Positions 10,622-21,083 of a stretch of 64,000 nt of DNA are shown one piece after another. The DNA is from Candidatus Bathyarchaeota archaeon. GTDB lineage: Archaea; Thermoproteota; Bathyarchaeia; Bathyarchaeales; Bathycorpusculaceae. Positions within the stretch are counted from its first letter, which is position 1, and every line of letters begins with the position of its first letter. Both the position numbers and the translations under genes were made by a program. The DNA is taken from contig CAVYHV010000006.1 in NCBI GenBank assembly GCA_963768425.1, positions 192,001 through 256,000 of the forward strand, written 5' to 3'. The notes beneath the pieces are model-generated. The model had not been told where the DNA came from and did not search any database. It saw only the letters and a list, made by a program, of their open reading frames with translations.

Positions 10622-11400
10622 TTAGAGATTTTCTGGTCCGAACGCTGGTTCATCGGCTACTGAAGCGAAAATTTGTTCGGCGTATTCTTCTTGTTCTTCG
10701 TTGCCGCTGACTGCAAGCCAATATGCTCCTTCAGCTCCGCAGACTCCGCCTGAAGCGATCAACTCAACGCATGCGCCGGTTAAGGCAGCCAACGCGTCAA
10801 GCTCGGTAAATACTTCTCCGGGAACCGGCAGCAAACGGCTTCCACGAGCACCCGGGCGCATTAAGTTTCTCGGCAAGGGCAAACAAGTCGCCGTTCACGC
10901 GTTTTTCTAAGCCTACGGGTATGATGAGTTTTACTCGGCGTCCGACAACGGCTGGCAAGGCTAAACCTATGGTTCCTGCTTTGGGGTGACCAATCAAAAT
11001 CGCGGCCTGTCTACGGGTTAAATCCAGGGCGTTTGCGCCTTTCAAGATGACGTCGCCTTCCTTGAGTGAGTCAACAACGTCCTCAATCGACTTGCCCTTC
11101 TGCCAAACACCCTTGACAATCACGACGTCGCCTGGAAACGCGGTCACGTCGGATAGCCTCCCCGTTCCAGTGACGGATTTTTTTGACGGCAGAGTGATGC
11201 CGCGGAAAAAGTGTTTCCTCGAAAAATCACATGCGATCTGGTGCGTTTTCAGGATTTCTTCAGCAACGTACCCGTTGGTTGTTCCAGCCACAATGACAAG
11301 CGTTCCATTCTTGAGCGCCTTTCTTAATCGCGGGGTGGTTTGCCAGGGTTTTAGCAATTAAACGTTTTCCCGCCGCTGGAGTGATAACGAATTGTTTCAA
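10622..11400 (-). CDS. Conserved hypothetical protein of anaerobes, split by two frameshifts
   Basis: TTG at 11400 gives [17 protein letters not shown], continuing in ORF 10797..11357 ([16 protein letters not shown]) and ORF 10622..10882 (SGGVCGAEG). Confidence 0.65.
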
Positions 11401-11866
11401 AGCAAGCACCTTAAAGATTGTTATCTGAAGGTGCATAATAACAATTTTGTTGAGCGCATCATTATTCTTCGAAGGATAATTTTAGAAACCGATTTCTGGA
11501 ATTGACAATTTTCAATTTATCCAAAAAACCATGGGTTTATCGTCAAATAGAGCCGAAATTCATAAATCTAAATATGCAGAGACCCTAAACTAACCGTCTT
11601 GGGAGCGTGCCTGCAGAGTTATCCTTAAAAGAAACTCGGCGCCTATGCAAGCGCGGCATTGAAATAAAAATAGCGAATCAAAACCAACCGATGGCGAACT
11701 AAGTTGGAAAAGTCGTCTGTAAAAGGATTCCAAATACCGTTGGTCGAGAAAAGCTAAGCTCTCCGAGGTTGAAGAGCATCAGATAAGAAATAGAGTTGGA
11801 ACACATGTCGGATAAAATAATTCAAGCTAATAGATTTCAAAAAAGGAAATGTGAAGGGTAATTCTT

Positions 11867-14663
11867 ATGGGAACATTAAATCTTGATAGTATTTTCAACC
11901 CTAAAAGTGTAGCTATTGTCGGAGCCAGTGACGCTGAAGGCTCAGTAGGCTACGCGATTGTAAAAAATTTTACTAAAATGGGGTTCGCAGGCAAAGTTTA
12001 CTTTGTCAACATTCGAAAGCCAGAGATTTTAGGTGTTAAAACTTTCAAGTCAGTCGATCAGATTCCGGAACCTGTCGACCTAGTTATGATTGCCACACCT
12101 GCCAAAACCGTTCCTGACGTCATGGAGGAATGTGGACGGGCAAATGTGAAAGGCGTAATCATAGTGTCTGCGGGCTTTAAGGAAACAGGTGCTGATGGGA
12201 AAGCTTTAGAAGATAGGATTCGTCAAATCGCCAAAAAATATGGAATCCGAGTTGTAGGACCAAACTGCATCGGCGTGCTTCGTCCCAAAAATAATCTTAA
12301 CGCCACTTTTTTGGATAAAATGCCTAAAGCAGGCAATGTTGCTTTTCTTTCTCAAAGCGGAGCTTTAGGCTCAGCAGTTCTTGACTGGGCAATCCATGAA
12401 AACATCGGTTTTAGCAACTTCGTTTCCGTCGGCTCCATGGTAGACGTGGACTTCGGTGACCTGATAGATTATTTCGGTTCCGACCCAAAAACCAAAAGCA
12501 TATTGATGTACGTAGAAGGCATAACGGATGCACGCAAATTCATGAGTGCAGCAAGACACTTTGCAAGAGCCAAACCAATAATTGTAGTCAAATCTGGCAA
12601 ATTCGCTGAAAGCGCAATGGCCGCAGCTTCTCATACGGGTTCGCTCTCAGGAGAAGATGGCATTTACGATGCTGCTTTCAAACGTGCAGGCATTGTAAGA
12701 GTCAGTGAAATCGCAGATTTATTTAACTCCGCGGAAGTCTTAGGATCGCAACCCCTACCCAAAGGTCCGAAATTAGCAATAATCACTAACGCAGGTGGAC
12801 CAGGCGTAATGGCGACGGACGCTTTAATTGCTTATAGCGGCAAGTTAGCGAGTCTAAGCCAGAAATCGCTGGATGCTCTCAACGGCGTGCTGCCTCCTTT
12901 CTGGAGCAAAGGCAACCCAATCGACGTTTTGGGTGACGCGAAAGCTGACCGTTACAAAGCTGCTCTTCAAGCTTGCCTCAACGATGAAAACATCGATGGA
13001 ATCTTGATTATTTTCACTCAGCAAGCAGTGTCAGAAGCAATAGAAATTTCCAAAAACATAGTTGATCTTGTACGCAACAAAACTAACCAAGACAAAACAA
13101 TCTTAACCTCGTTTATGGGTTTTGGCCCAGTTCAAGAAGCCAACAACATCCTAAACGCAAACAACATCCCAACATACTCAACTCCTGAACAAGCAATCAA
13201 AACATACATGTACATGTACGAGTACCAACGCAACAAAGAACTCCTATACGAAACCCCTGAAGAGTTACCCTACGACGATTCACCCCCAAAACGCCCCATA
13301 ATGGTCATACTACGGAATGCTGCATTTGAAGGCCGAGACGTCTTAACTGAAGACGAAGCAAAAAAAATACTCAAATACTATGATTTCCCCATCGTAACAA
13401 CAGAAGCCGCAAACAATGTAGAAGAAGCAGTGCAACTTGCCCAAAACATGGGTTTCCCAGTTGTACTAAAAATTCTCTCCCCCCAAATCCTCCACAAAAC
13501 AGACGCCGGCGGAGTAATTCTAAACATCAACACTCCAAACAAAGTTCGAGAAGCTTTCGAAACTCTAATCCAAAGAGCAACAGCCTACAACCCAAACGCG
13601 CAGATAATCGGTGTTACCGTTCAACCCATGGTTGAGAAAAAAGGCCAGGAAATCATAATCGGCGGAAAAACCGATCCAGTCTTCGGCCCAGTAATACTAT
13701 TCGGTATGGGCGGTGTCGGTGTAGAGCTTTTCAAAGATTACTCAATTGGGATTCCACCATTAAATACAACTCTGATTCACCGCATGATGGAAGACACAAA
13801 CATTTACCAACTGCTCAAAGGATACCGAGGTTCAGCTCCCGTTGATCTTAAAAAACTCGATGAAACCATGCTGCAATTCTCGCAGTTGCTTGTTGATTTC
13901 CCACAAATAAAAGAAATTGACATCAACCCACTCTTAATCAACGAGAAAGAAGCATGCATTCTTGACGCCCGCATCGTAATTGACAAAGATGCAGTTTGCC
14001 GCAAATTTGAGTTACACGAACACATGATTATTAGCCCTTACCCAAAAAAATACGAAACAATTTGGCGCCTAAAAAGCACACAAGAAGTACTGCTGCGCCC
14101 CATAAAGCCAGAAGACGAACCCATGTGGCTTGAAATGTTCCAAAGCTTCTCAGAAGAATCCATACGATACAGATTCTTCCAAATGCTAAAAGACACTCCA
14201 CGTGAAGTTCGAGTCCGCTACTGCAACATCGATTATGACAGAGAAATCGCAATTGTCGCTGAAATGGTTGAAGAACGGAAAAAGAAAAATCCTCGGTGTA
14301 AGCCGCGTCATCATTGAGACTGATGGAAAAAGCAGTGAAATGGCCTTCATCGTAAGCGACTACTGGCAGGGACTAGGTTTAGGAACTAAAATGGTTGACT
14401 ACGCGCTTGACATCGCAAAAGAAAAAGGCGTCGAAAGCGTCTACGCAATAATGCTGCAAGACAACTACAGAGCTTTGAGCTTGACAAAGAAAATGGGCTT
14501 TAACCTTGAATACTTAAGCGACGGAACAGTCAAAGCATCACTTAACTTAAAAAACGAAGACATAGATTCACGATGCCTAATAACAAATGTACCTGAACCA
14601 CTTCAAGAACAAACAAAGCAACCAAAAACCGCGAAAACAGAAGAAAAGACCGCTCCGGCGTAA
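11867..14663 (+). CDS. Bifunctional acetate-CoA ligase (ADP-forming) family protein / GNAT acetyltransferase (Pat-like), frameshifted near 14275
   Basis: CoA-binding domain, GPNCIG, SQSGA, SHTGSL, ATP-grasp HKTDAGGV; GNAT WQGLGLG motif in ORF 14202..14663. Confidence 0.9.
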
Positions 14664-14675
14664 TCGATAAGGTAC
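14417..14675 (+). repeat. Left copy of ~250-bp direct repeat (3' end of the Pat-like gene)
   Basis: Near-identical to 20751-21010. Confidence 0.9.
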
Positions 14676-14828
14676 ATCCTTCTTTCTTCGAATAATTATT
14701 CAATTTTGAGTAATAATTGGGGTCACCTTTTTCACATTGGTGTCTGTGTGCTTAACTTATTTTTGAATATGGAGTGTCTGAAGAATACTTTTATCTGTGA
14801 GTATGAAAATTATACTTTTGGTAATAAA

Positions 14829-15119
14829 ATGGGGCAAGAAGAACCTGAGATTGCAATCGTTGGAACAAAAGGTCAAATAGTTATCCCACAACGACTCCGA
14901 AAAGAACTAAACATAATTTCAAAAACAAAACTCATAGTATACCGATCAGGGGATAAAATTGTGGTAACCAAGCTGGAGCTTCCACCTTTGAAGGAAGAAT
15001 TAAAAGATCTTTTCAGCGAAATTGATAAACAAAACAAGGGCAAAAAGATTTCTGACAAGGAAATTTTGACGGAGATTCAAACTTACAGACTTGAGAAGCG
15101 GGCCAAAAAAGGCGCATAA
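14829..15119 (+). CDS. AbrB/MazE/SpoVT-family antitoxin
   Basis: VGTKGQIVIPQRLRKELNI; probable start MGQEE at 14829. Confidence 0.88.
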   Translation: MGQEEPEIAIVGTKGQIVIPQRLRKELNIISKTKLIVYRSGDKIVVTKLELPPLKEELKDLFSEIDKQNKGKKISDKEILTEIQTYRLEKRAKKGA

Positions 15120-15120
15120 A

Positions 15121-15528
15121 ATGGCTCGAGTGGTAGTTGACACGAATGTTTTGATATCAGCGTTGATTAATAACGGAAAGTCAAGAAAACTTGTCCTTAA
15201 ATTGTTAGAGGAACATACAGTAATATTATCTAGTCAGATATTAGCTGAATTGGCTGATGTTATCTCAAGAGATAAATTTTCTGTTACAAGCTCTCAGGTT
15301 GACAGGTTCATTTCGATTCTGGTTAAAAAGGCAACTATCGTTTCAGTGCGTTCCATTCCAAAGGTCATATTGGAAGATCCTGACGACGATGTAGTCCTCG
15401 CCACTGCTCTCAGTGGAAAAGCCGATTACATAGTTAGCGGCGACAAGCACCTCCTCAAAATAGCTTGTTATGATGAAGACGCAGATAGTTTCCGTGAATC
15501 AATTTATTCAAATTATAGCCAAGCGTTA
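15121..15528 (+). CDS. vapC: PIN-domain toxin (VapC-like); C-terminal indel
   Basis: VVVDTNVLISA, DPDDD and DYIVSGDKHLL motifs; natural end in the shifted frame IVSVNQFIQIIAKR* at ~15528. Confidence 0.85.
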
Positions 15529-15571
15529 AGGAACATCTTGAAAGCAAGTGTGGATCGGCAGTTCCAAGTTT

Positions 15572-16681
15572 TTAGATTTTCACTTTGCAAATTTCGTATA
15601 CAATCAAATGCGGATACTTCAAGTAAAACCTATACAAATGAGGATTTTCTTTTTCAAACTCAACACTTGGATCAGGCTCATAAATCCTACAAATAGCCAA
15701 ACCATTCTCACTAAGAGCGCTCGTCATTTCATCAAGGGTAAACCAATGATGCGGATTGTCTTTAACCTTGAACTCTATTTTGTAGTTAGGTAAACGTCCA
15801 TGAAAGCGTCCGTTGCTCGAGGAAGTTATGCCTTTTGCAAGTTGACCAAAAAACGGATGCGCCTCAATAATAAAAAATCTACCCTGATCAGCCAGAATTC
15901 TACTGATTTGGCTTAAAGCTTCGGAGAATTCCTTGTGGTTATGTGTTTTTCTGCAATAGTCAAAACTCACAATTGTATCTATAGCCACAATATAGTCAAA
16001 GTATTTGGAATGCACGTTTTTTGCAAAATCAAGAAAATCCCACTGAAAAAACTCTTCGTTATCAAGGTCTAGTCTTTTTTTGAGTTCGTTTGCTTTTTCA
16101 ATTAGAAATGCGCTTCGGTCAATACCGGTCACGTGTGCTCCAAGTTTAGCCAGAATCGTGGAATAATATCCTGGTCCGCATCCAAAGTCAAAGATCTTTT
16201 TTCCTGCAATTTTCTCTTTCGTAAAGAATTGTGCAACAAAATTTTCTACGCAATATTTGTAGTAGGTTCGGCTTTCAGGTCTTATGTCTGAAACGTCATC
16301 GTAAAATTTCTTTTTAAACCATTTTTCCATAATTCCCTGCTGATCATCATGTTCCTTCAAAGCTTGAGGAATTGCTGTTTTCATTGCTTTGTTGACAGCT
16401 GAAACCAACATCTCTTCGACGTTTTGCATGGACCCGTTTGAACAATCATTGCCTATGATTTTTTCGCCAAATGCAGAGTTTAACCATTCTTTGTATTCAG
16501 GCAACGTTTTTTCTAAGACTTCATGGATTGTTGACTGCAGTTTTGCATAAATTTCTGGATCCAATTGTTCAAAAAGCTGAACTTTTTCCGAAGGCGCATT
16601 CAGGTGTTGATTTTGCTTTTTGGCTATTGCAGGCTTTTTAGAGAGGGTTTTAGTTGTTGGTTTATTTTTTGGCAAAAACAA
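15572..16681 (-). CDS. Class I SAM-dependent methyltransferase with N-terminal precursor-homologous domain
   Basis: IFDFGCGPG motif I, VTGIDRS, FDYIVA; residues ~1-112 align with the precursor at 18480..18938. Confidence 0.85.
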   Translation of the reverse strand: MFLPKNKPTTKTLSKKPAIAKKQNQHLNAPSEKVQLFEQLDPEIYAKLQSTIHEVLEKTLPEYKEWLNSAFGEKIIGNDCSNGSMQNVEEMLVSAVNKAMKTAIPQALKEHDDQQGIMEKWFKKKFYDDVSDIRPESRTYYKYCVENFVAQFFTKEKIAGKKIFDFGCGPGYYSTILAKLGAHVTGIDRSAFLIEKANELKKRLDLDNEEFFQWDFLDFAKNVHSKYFDYIVAIDTIVSFDYCRKTHNHKEFSEALSQISRILADQGRFFIIEAHPFFGQLAKGITSSSNGRFHGRLPNYKIEFKVKDNPHHWFTLDEMTSALSENGLAICRIYEPDPSVEFEKENPHLYRFYLKYPHLIVYEICKVKI

Positions 16682-16776
16682 TCGCTGCTCTATTTATGAT
16701 CTCTCAAGATAATATTTATGGGTTTAGTGGTTCAAAATAAAGACATAGCTGAGGCATTTTCTTGAAAGTAAATTTG

Positions 16777-18366
16777 TTAATAATATGGAACGATTATTTT
16801 TAAGGGATAATTTCTTTTTGAGCTTGACGTTTTTCCCATGCTTAAGCGGTTCCAAACCGAACGGAGATTTTCATATCGTTGGCTATCGGGCAAAGGCGAA
16901 TAAAAATAACTATAATTATTTCCTGTTTTTTCTTTGCTCAGCTCTATTCCATATTCTTGCGGGTTATGAGAAATTTCTGAATCAGGCAAAACCCCAAAAC
17001 GTGAAATGCTGACTTGATCAATAAATTCTTGGTTTTGCTCTAAGAAAGCAACGGATTGTTCAAAATCTCTCTGAGTTTCCCCTGGAAAATCTACTATCAT
17101 AAATGTCAAAACGCGAATGCCATTCTTTGCAGTATCGCGGATCACGTTTTTAGCAGTTTCTATGTCATACCCTTTTTTCATCTTACTCAGAATTCTCTGG
17201 GACCCAGATTCTATGCCAAACCACAACCCGATACAACCCGCCTGCCGAATTTTCCCAAGCAATTTGTCGTTCATTTCAGAACGAACTCTGGCCATACCCA
17301 TCCACTGCATTCCGATATTTTCTTCAATCAATAAATCGCAGAGTTTCTCCAAAGATTTGATGTTACAATTTATCAAGCTGTCATTGAAGCGAATGGTGGA
17401 AACTCCATATTTTTCTTTGATATGCTTGAATTCCGATACTATGTTTTCTGGTGACCGCATCCGATACGTGTTGCCCCATAGACGTTTTTCAACACAAAAA
17501 ACACAATCACCAACACAACCTCTAGAGCCCACAACCGGCATTATAGGCATCCCGAACTTGTTTTGAGGATATTCCTCCAAGGGCAAATTATCGTAGTCGG
17601 GAAAAGGCAAATCGTCAAGAGATTTAATTAATGGTCGATCGACGTTAGAGATAATTTTGCCCCTCTCATTTCTGAAGGAAACTCCATCGATTCCCTTTAT
17701 TGAATCTAAACTTCCGCCATAGAAATTAGCTATGTCAGCGATTGTGGACTCGCCCTCCCCTCGAACTGTTACGTCAATTTCTGGGTTGGCAGACAGAACT
17801 TCTTCCCATGAAGCGAATGCCGGACCCCCCAAAACTGTCAAAATTCTCGGTTGAATTTTCTTTAATTTACGTGCGAGAAGTATGCTCCACATCAATCCCG
17901 TATGAGTTATTACATGAAATCCCACAACACTTTGACCTTTGGGATCGTTGGCTATCTCCATAAACCATTCATTACAAATTTTCCAAACATCCGACAGTGT
18001 CGTCTGTTTTGATTCTTCGCTGATAATATCTTTGGACGTTGAATTTGAATATGTATAACCTAATTGATCAGAAGCCTCTTTCAGCATTATTTCTTCAAAA
18101 ATTTTTTGGGCATTTTGAATGGTTGAATAAATTTCTGTGTCAGGAACCTTTTTCCATTTCGCCCCTCTCTTGATGCCGCTTTTTCTTAAAATTTCTCCAG
18201 GTTTGATTTCGAGTCCTTGATGGAAAAGAGTTAAGTTAAAAGCTTTAATATTCAGATCAAACGTGCTTACCTTTTGATTATTTGCATTTAAGGTGCTTGT
18301 CAAGTATGGAATTGCGGGATAAGGAACTAAGGAAGAAACTGGAGGGATGCAAAGAAAAACAGGCAA
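16777..18366 (-). CDS. Cobalamin-dependent (class B) radical SAM enzyme, probable RiPP C-methyltransferase
   Basis: B12-binding region (VLGGP, VRGEGE), SRGCVGDCVFC CxxxCxxC, FGIESGSQRILSKMKK, FPGET. Confidence 0.88.
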   Translation of the reverse strand: MPVFLCIPPVSSLVPYPAIPYLTSTLNANNQKVSTFDLNIKAFNLTLFHQGLEIKPGEILRKSGIKRGAKWKKVPDTEIYSTIQNAQKIFEEIMLKEASDQLGYTYSNSTSKDIISEESKQTTLSDVWKICNEWFMEIANDPKGQSVVGFHVITHTGLMWSILLARKLKKIQPRILTVLGGPAFASWEEVLSANPEIDVTVRGEGESTIADIANFYGGSLDSIKGIDGVSFRNERGKIISNVDRPLIKSLDDLPFPDYDNLPLEEYPQNKFGMPIMPVVGSRGCVGDCVFCVEKRLWGNTYRMRSPENIVSEFKHIKEKYGVSTIRFNDSLINCNIKSLEKLCDLLIEENIGMQWMGMARVRSEMNDKLLGKIRQAGCIGLWFGIESGSQRILSKMKKGYDIETAKNVIRDTAKNGIRVLTFMIVDFPGETQRDFEQSVAFLEQNQEFIDQVSISRFGVLPDSEISHNPQEYGIELSKEKTGNNYSYFYSPLPDSQRYENLRSVWNRLSMGKTSSSKRNYPLKIIVPYY

Positions 18367-18479
18367 TTTAGATCATCTTAACTGTTTATACCCATTGGTT
18401 TTATGGTAGCTACTACTTTATGGCGTAAATCGGAGAACTATTTTTCAGTTGATGGCGTTGGTTTCTGAACCGAAGCTTC

Positions 18480-18938
18480 TTATTTGAACTGATCTTTCAA
18501 AGCTTGACGAATTGCTCCCATCATAGCCTCATTGACAGCATTAACAACCATATCGTCCATTTTTCTATTTGGTGTAGGGCAGTCGTTACCACATGAGCTA
18601 CACAAAGGTGTTGGACAGTCGTTTCCACATGAACTACAAAGCGGCGTCGGGCAATCGTTACCACATGAACTACACAAAGGTGTAGGGCAATCATCAGCTG
18701 CTATCAAAGAAGCATCAACCCACTGCAGATATTCTGGCAAAGTTTTTGCAACGGTATCACGAATTGTTGACTGCAGTTTTGCATACATTTTAGGATCCAG
18801 TTTTTCCACAGGTGGCATTTTTGCCAAGAGTTTCGTTAAACGTTTCTTTTGTGCTGGAGTCAGTTTTTTTGCTGATGGAGCGGTAGTTGGTTTTTTTGAG
18901 GAAGCTTTAGGTGTAGATTTATTTTTTGACAAAAACAA
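18480..18938 (-). CDS. Putative multicore RiPP precursor: leader + (DCPTPLCSSCGN)x3 + DCPTP + follower
   Basis: Cys-rich perfect 12-aa repeats between two helical segments; lies between two radical SAM genes. Confidence 0.8.
   Translation of the reverse strand: MFLSKNKSTPKASSKKPTTAPSAKKLTPAQKKRLTKLLAKMPPVEKLDPKMYAKLQSTIRDTVAKTLPEYLQWVDASLIAADDCPTPLCSSCGNDCPTPLCSSCGNDCPTPLCSSCGNDCPTPNRKMDDMVVNAVNEAMMGAIRQALKDQFK
18571..18692 (-). repeat. 36-bp coding tandem repeat x3.4 with only synonymous differences
   Basis: Units differ at GAT/GAC, TGC/TGT, CCT/CCG/CCA, ACA/ACG, TTG/CTT, AGT/AGC and GGT/GGA. Confidence 0.95.
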
Positions 18939-19020
18939 TCACTACAATGATGTATTAAGTCGTCTTATTTAATGTTTATTGTGAAGCAAATTTGAGGTTG
19001 GATCATTTGGGGAAAACTCT

Positions 19021-20438
19021 TCAACTTTTGGTTTTTGCATTTTTGTTTTTTTGAGATTCCAACAGGAAATTGTACGAAATTAGGAGCTTTAGTATTTCAT
19101 TTTGAAAAGTGCAAAAGTAGTCTTCTTTTATGCCAAGTTGCCCCGTTTTAACATAGATATCGTAAGCGCATCCTCCGCCGCAAATTCCAATCGCAGCACA
19201 TCTCATACAGTCTTTATTCTTTAGTGTCCCCATTTCCAGCCATTTATAAAACACGGGTTCTTCTTGAACTTTCAAATCATCTTTAATTGGAATTTGATAT
19301 TTTCCCGACGGATAAAACGCGTGGCAAGGACCCACTGTTCCAGTTGGCGAAAAAAATAGTAGTTGACCAAAAGCTGGGCAATCGTAAAGGTGGAATATTT
19401 CTTTGAAAAAATAATTTGCACGCCGATTATCAATGCGATCTTCAAACATGTGCAATTCTTTTGCTTTTAAGTAGGCCCCAAAAAGATGATGAGCAAGCTC
19501 TTTGGGGTCTGGAACTTCAAATTCGCTTGGCTCTTTAAGTCTGGTCAACAAGTTGAAGCCTATGGTTCTGACGCCTAATTTCTGGATAAATTCTATTATT
19601 TCTTCTGTGTGCTCATAGTTCTGTTTCGTAATGGTGCATGATATTCCTGTGTTTACACCCGCCTCTTTTAGAAGCGCCAACGCTTTGAGTGCTGAGTAAA
19701 AGGTTTCTTTTCCATCGGTGAAAACACGGTTTTTGTCAATGTTAGCCCACCCGTCAAGCGACAACCCCACGGTAACGTTGTGTTGTTTAAGTTTCTTAGC
19801 TATGTTTTCGGTTATTAGGCTTCCATTTGTTACGCAGGAAAACAAGAATTTACCTTAGAAGCCGCCTCAAGCTTCTCCATGATATAGAATACAATTTCAC
19901 TATTGCTAAACGGCTCTCCCCCATAAAAAGTGACCCTGTATTCTGGAACCTGTTTTGCCTCGTTGACAAGAACATTTATGACTTTATCAGCCAAATCCTT
20001 AGACATCACTGCACTTGGGCCTTTTAGAGAGTTTTCTATAAAACAGTAACCGCACCTGAAATTGCAGAAGTCGGTAACCAAAATGTAGGCAAGATTGGTT
20101 TGTGGTTTTTTTCTAAGCAGACTGGTTGCAAGAGTTTCAAAAACTTTTTCCTCATTAAAGCCTTGAGGAACCAAAAATTTTAGTTCCATTAACTCTTTAA
20201 TGTCCTTGCCATGCTCGCCCTCACTTAGATCTGCCAAAACCTTTTCGTACTTTTTGTTGGTTAAGTACACTTTCTTTAGAGTTAAAGAATTGAAAAGACA
20301 CTTCGTTGATTCATCAATATCAAACAAGTGGACAAACGGCGAAAGAACCCCTTGAGCAAGCTCTTCACGGAGCACTCGCTCAGAAGACTGGTTTTTATTC
20401 ACAATCACATTAACCGCCTTAGATTGTTTCTTGCTCAT
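19021..20438 (-). CDS. Radical SAM/SPASM peptide maturase with N-terminal RRE-like domain; frameshift near 19850
   Basis: CNFRCGYC, FYGGEP, TNGSL, SLDG; SPASM motif CPAFG...GPC...CMRCAAIGICGGGC...FC; split across ORFs 19830..20438 and 19021..19845. Confidence 0.9.
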
Positions 20439-20750
20439 TTACCCACCCAAAAAGAAAACCATCTTAAATGTCCCTAAATTAACAAATTATTAAAATCTTT
20501 CCTAAATCCCATTGACGACCATTTTCGATGTACAGGATAAACCTTTTGTGTTTTTCCATTACTTAATTGTGAAAAATAATGGTGCACCCTTGGTTACCCT
20601 TCTTTCTATTTGGCTGTTTCGAATCTGGCTGCTTCAATTTGAACCGGTCCTCAAAAAGACAACGAAACTATACAGTTAAGTTATCGAGATTATCAAAAGT
20701 AGACTTGTTTGCTCTAAAACAGGGCACAATTTATATTGAGTTGAATAATA

Positions 20751-21010
20751 AAAAGAAAAGGCGTCGAAAGCGTCTACGCAATAATGCTGCAAGACAATTA
20801 CAGAGAGCTTTAAGCTTGACAAAGAAAATGGGCTTCAACCTTGAATACTTAAGCGACGGAACAGTCAAAGCATCACTTAACCTAAAAAACAAAGACATAG
20901 ATTCACGATACCTAATAACAAATGTACCTGAACCACTTCAAGAACAAACAAAGCAACCAAAAACCGCGAACACAGAAGAAAAGACCAGTCCGACCTAAAC
21001 AAAAAGGTAC
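20751..21010 (+). repeat. Right copy of ~250-bp direct repeat (orphan duplicate of the Pat-like gene 3' end)
   Basis: Matches 14417-14675; encodes the same KKMGFNLEYLSDGTVKASLNLKN...EEKT tail. Confidence 0.9.
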
Positions 21011-21083
21011 CACATAGTGAAGCGCATTTATTGTTTTTCTTCTTCGTAAATTTTGAGCTCGAAAAGAATTTGCTTGTCCTTTA

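Noticed and set aside
11410-11860. Long leader upstream of the acetate-CoA ligase as a riboswitch or ncRNA
   Set aside because: No recognisable conserved motif or convincing structure by eye; would need an Rfam covariance search
18571-18692. 36-bp repeats as a CRISPR array
   Set aside because: Units are contiguous with no spacers, vary only at synonymous codon positions, and no cas genes are present
18532-18972. Plus-strand ORF with GVGQSLPHELHK repeats
   Set aside because: Antisense shadow of the precursor; repeat variation is non-synonymous in this frame and synonymous on the minus strand
20579-20998. 139-aa ORF as a real gene
   Set aside because: Chimeric frame running from non-coding DNA into the duplicated 3' end of the Pat-like gene
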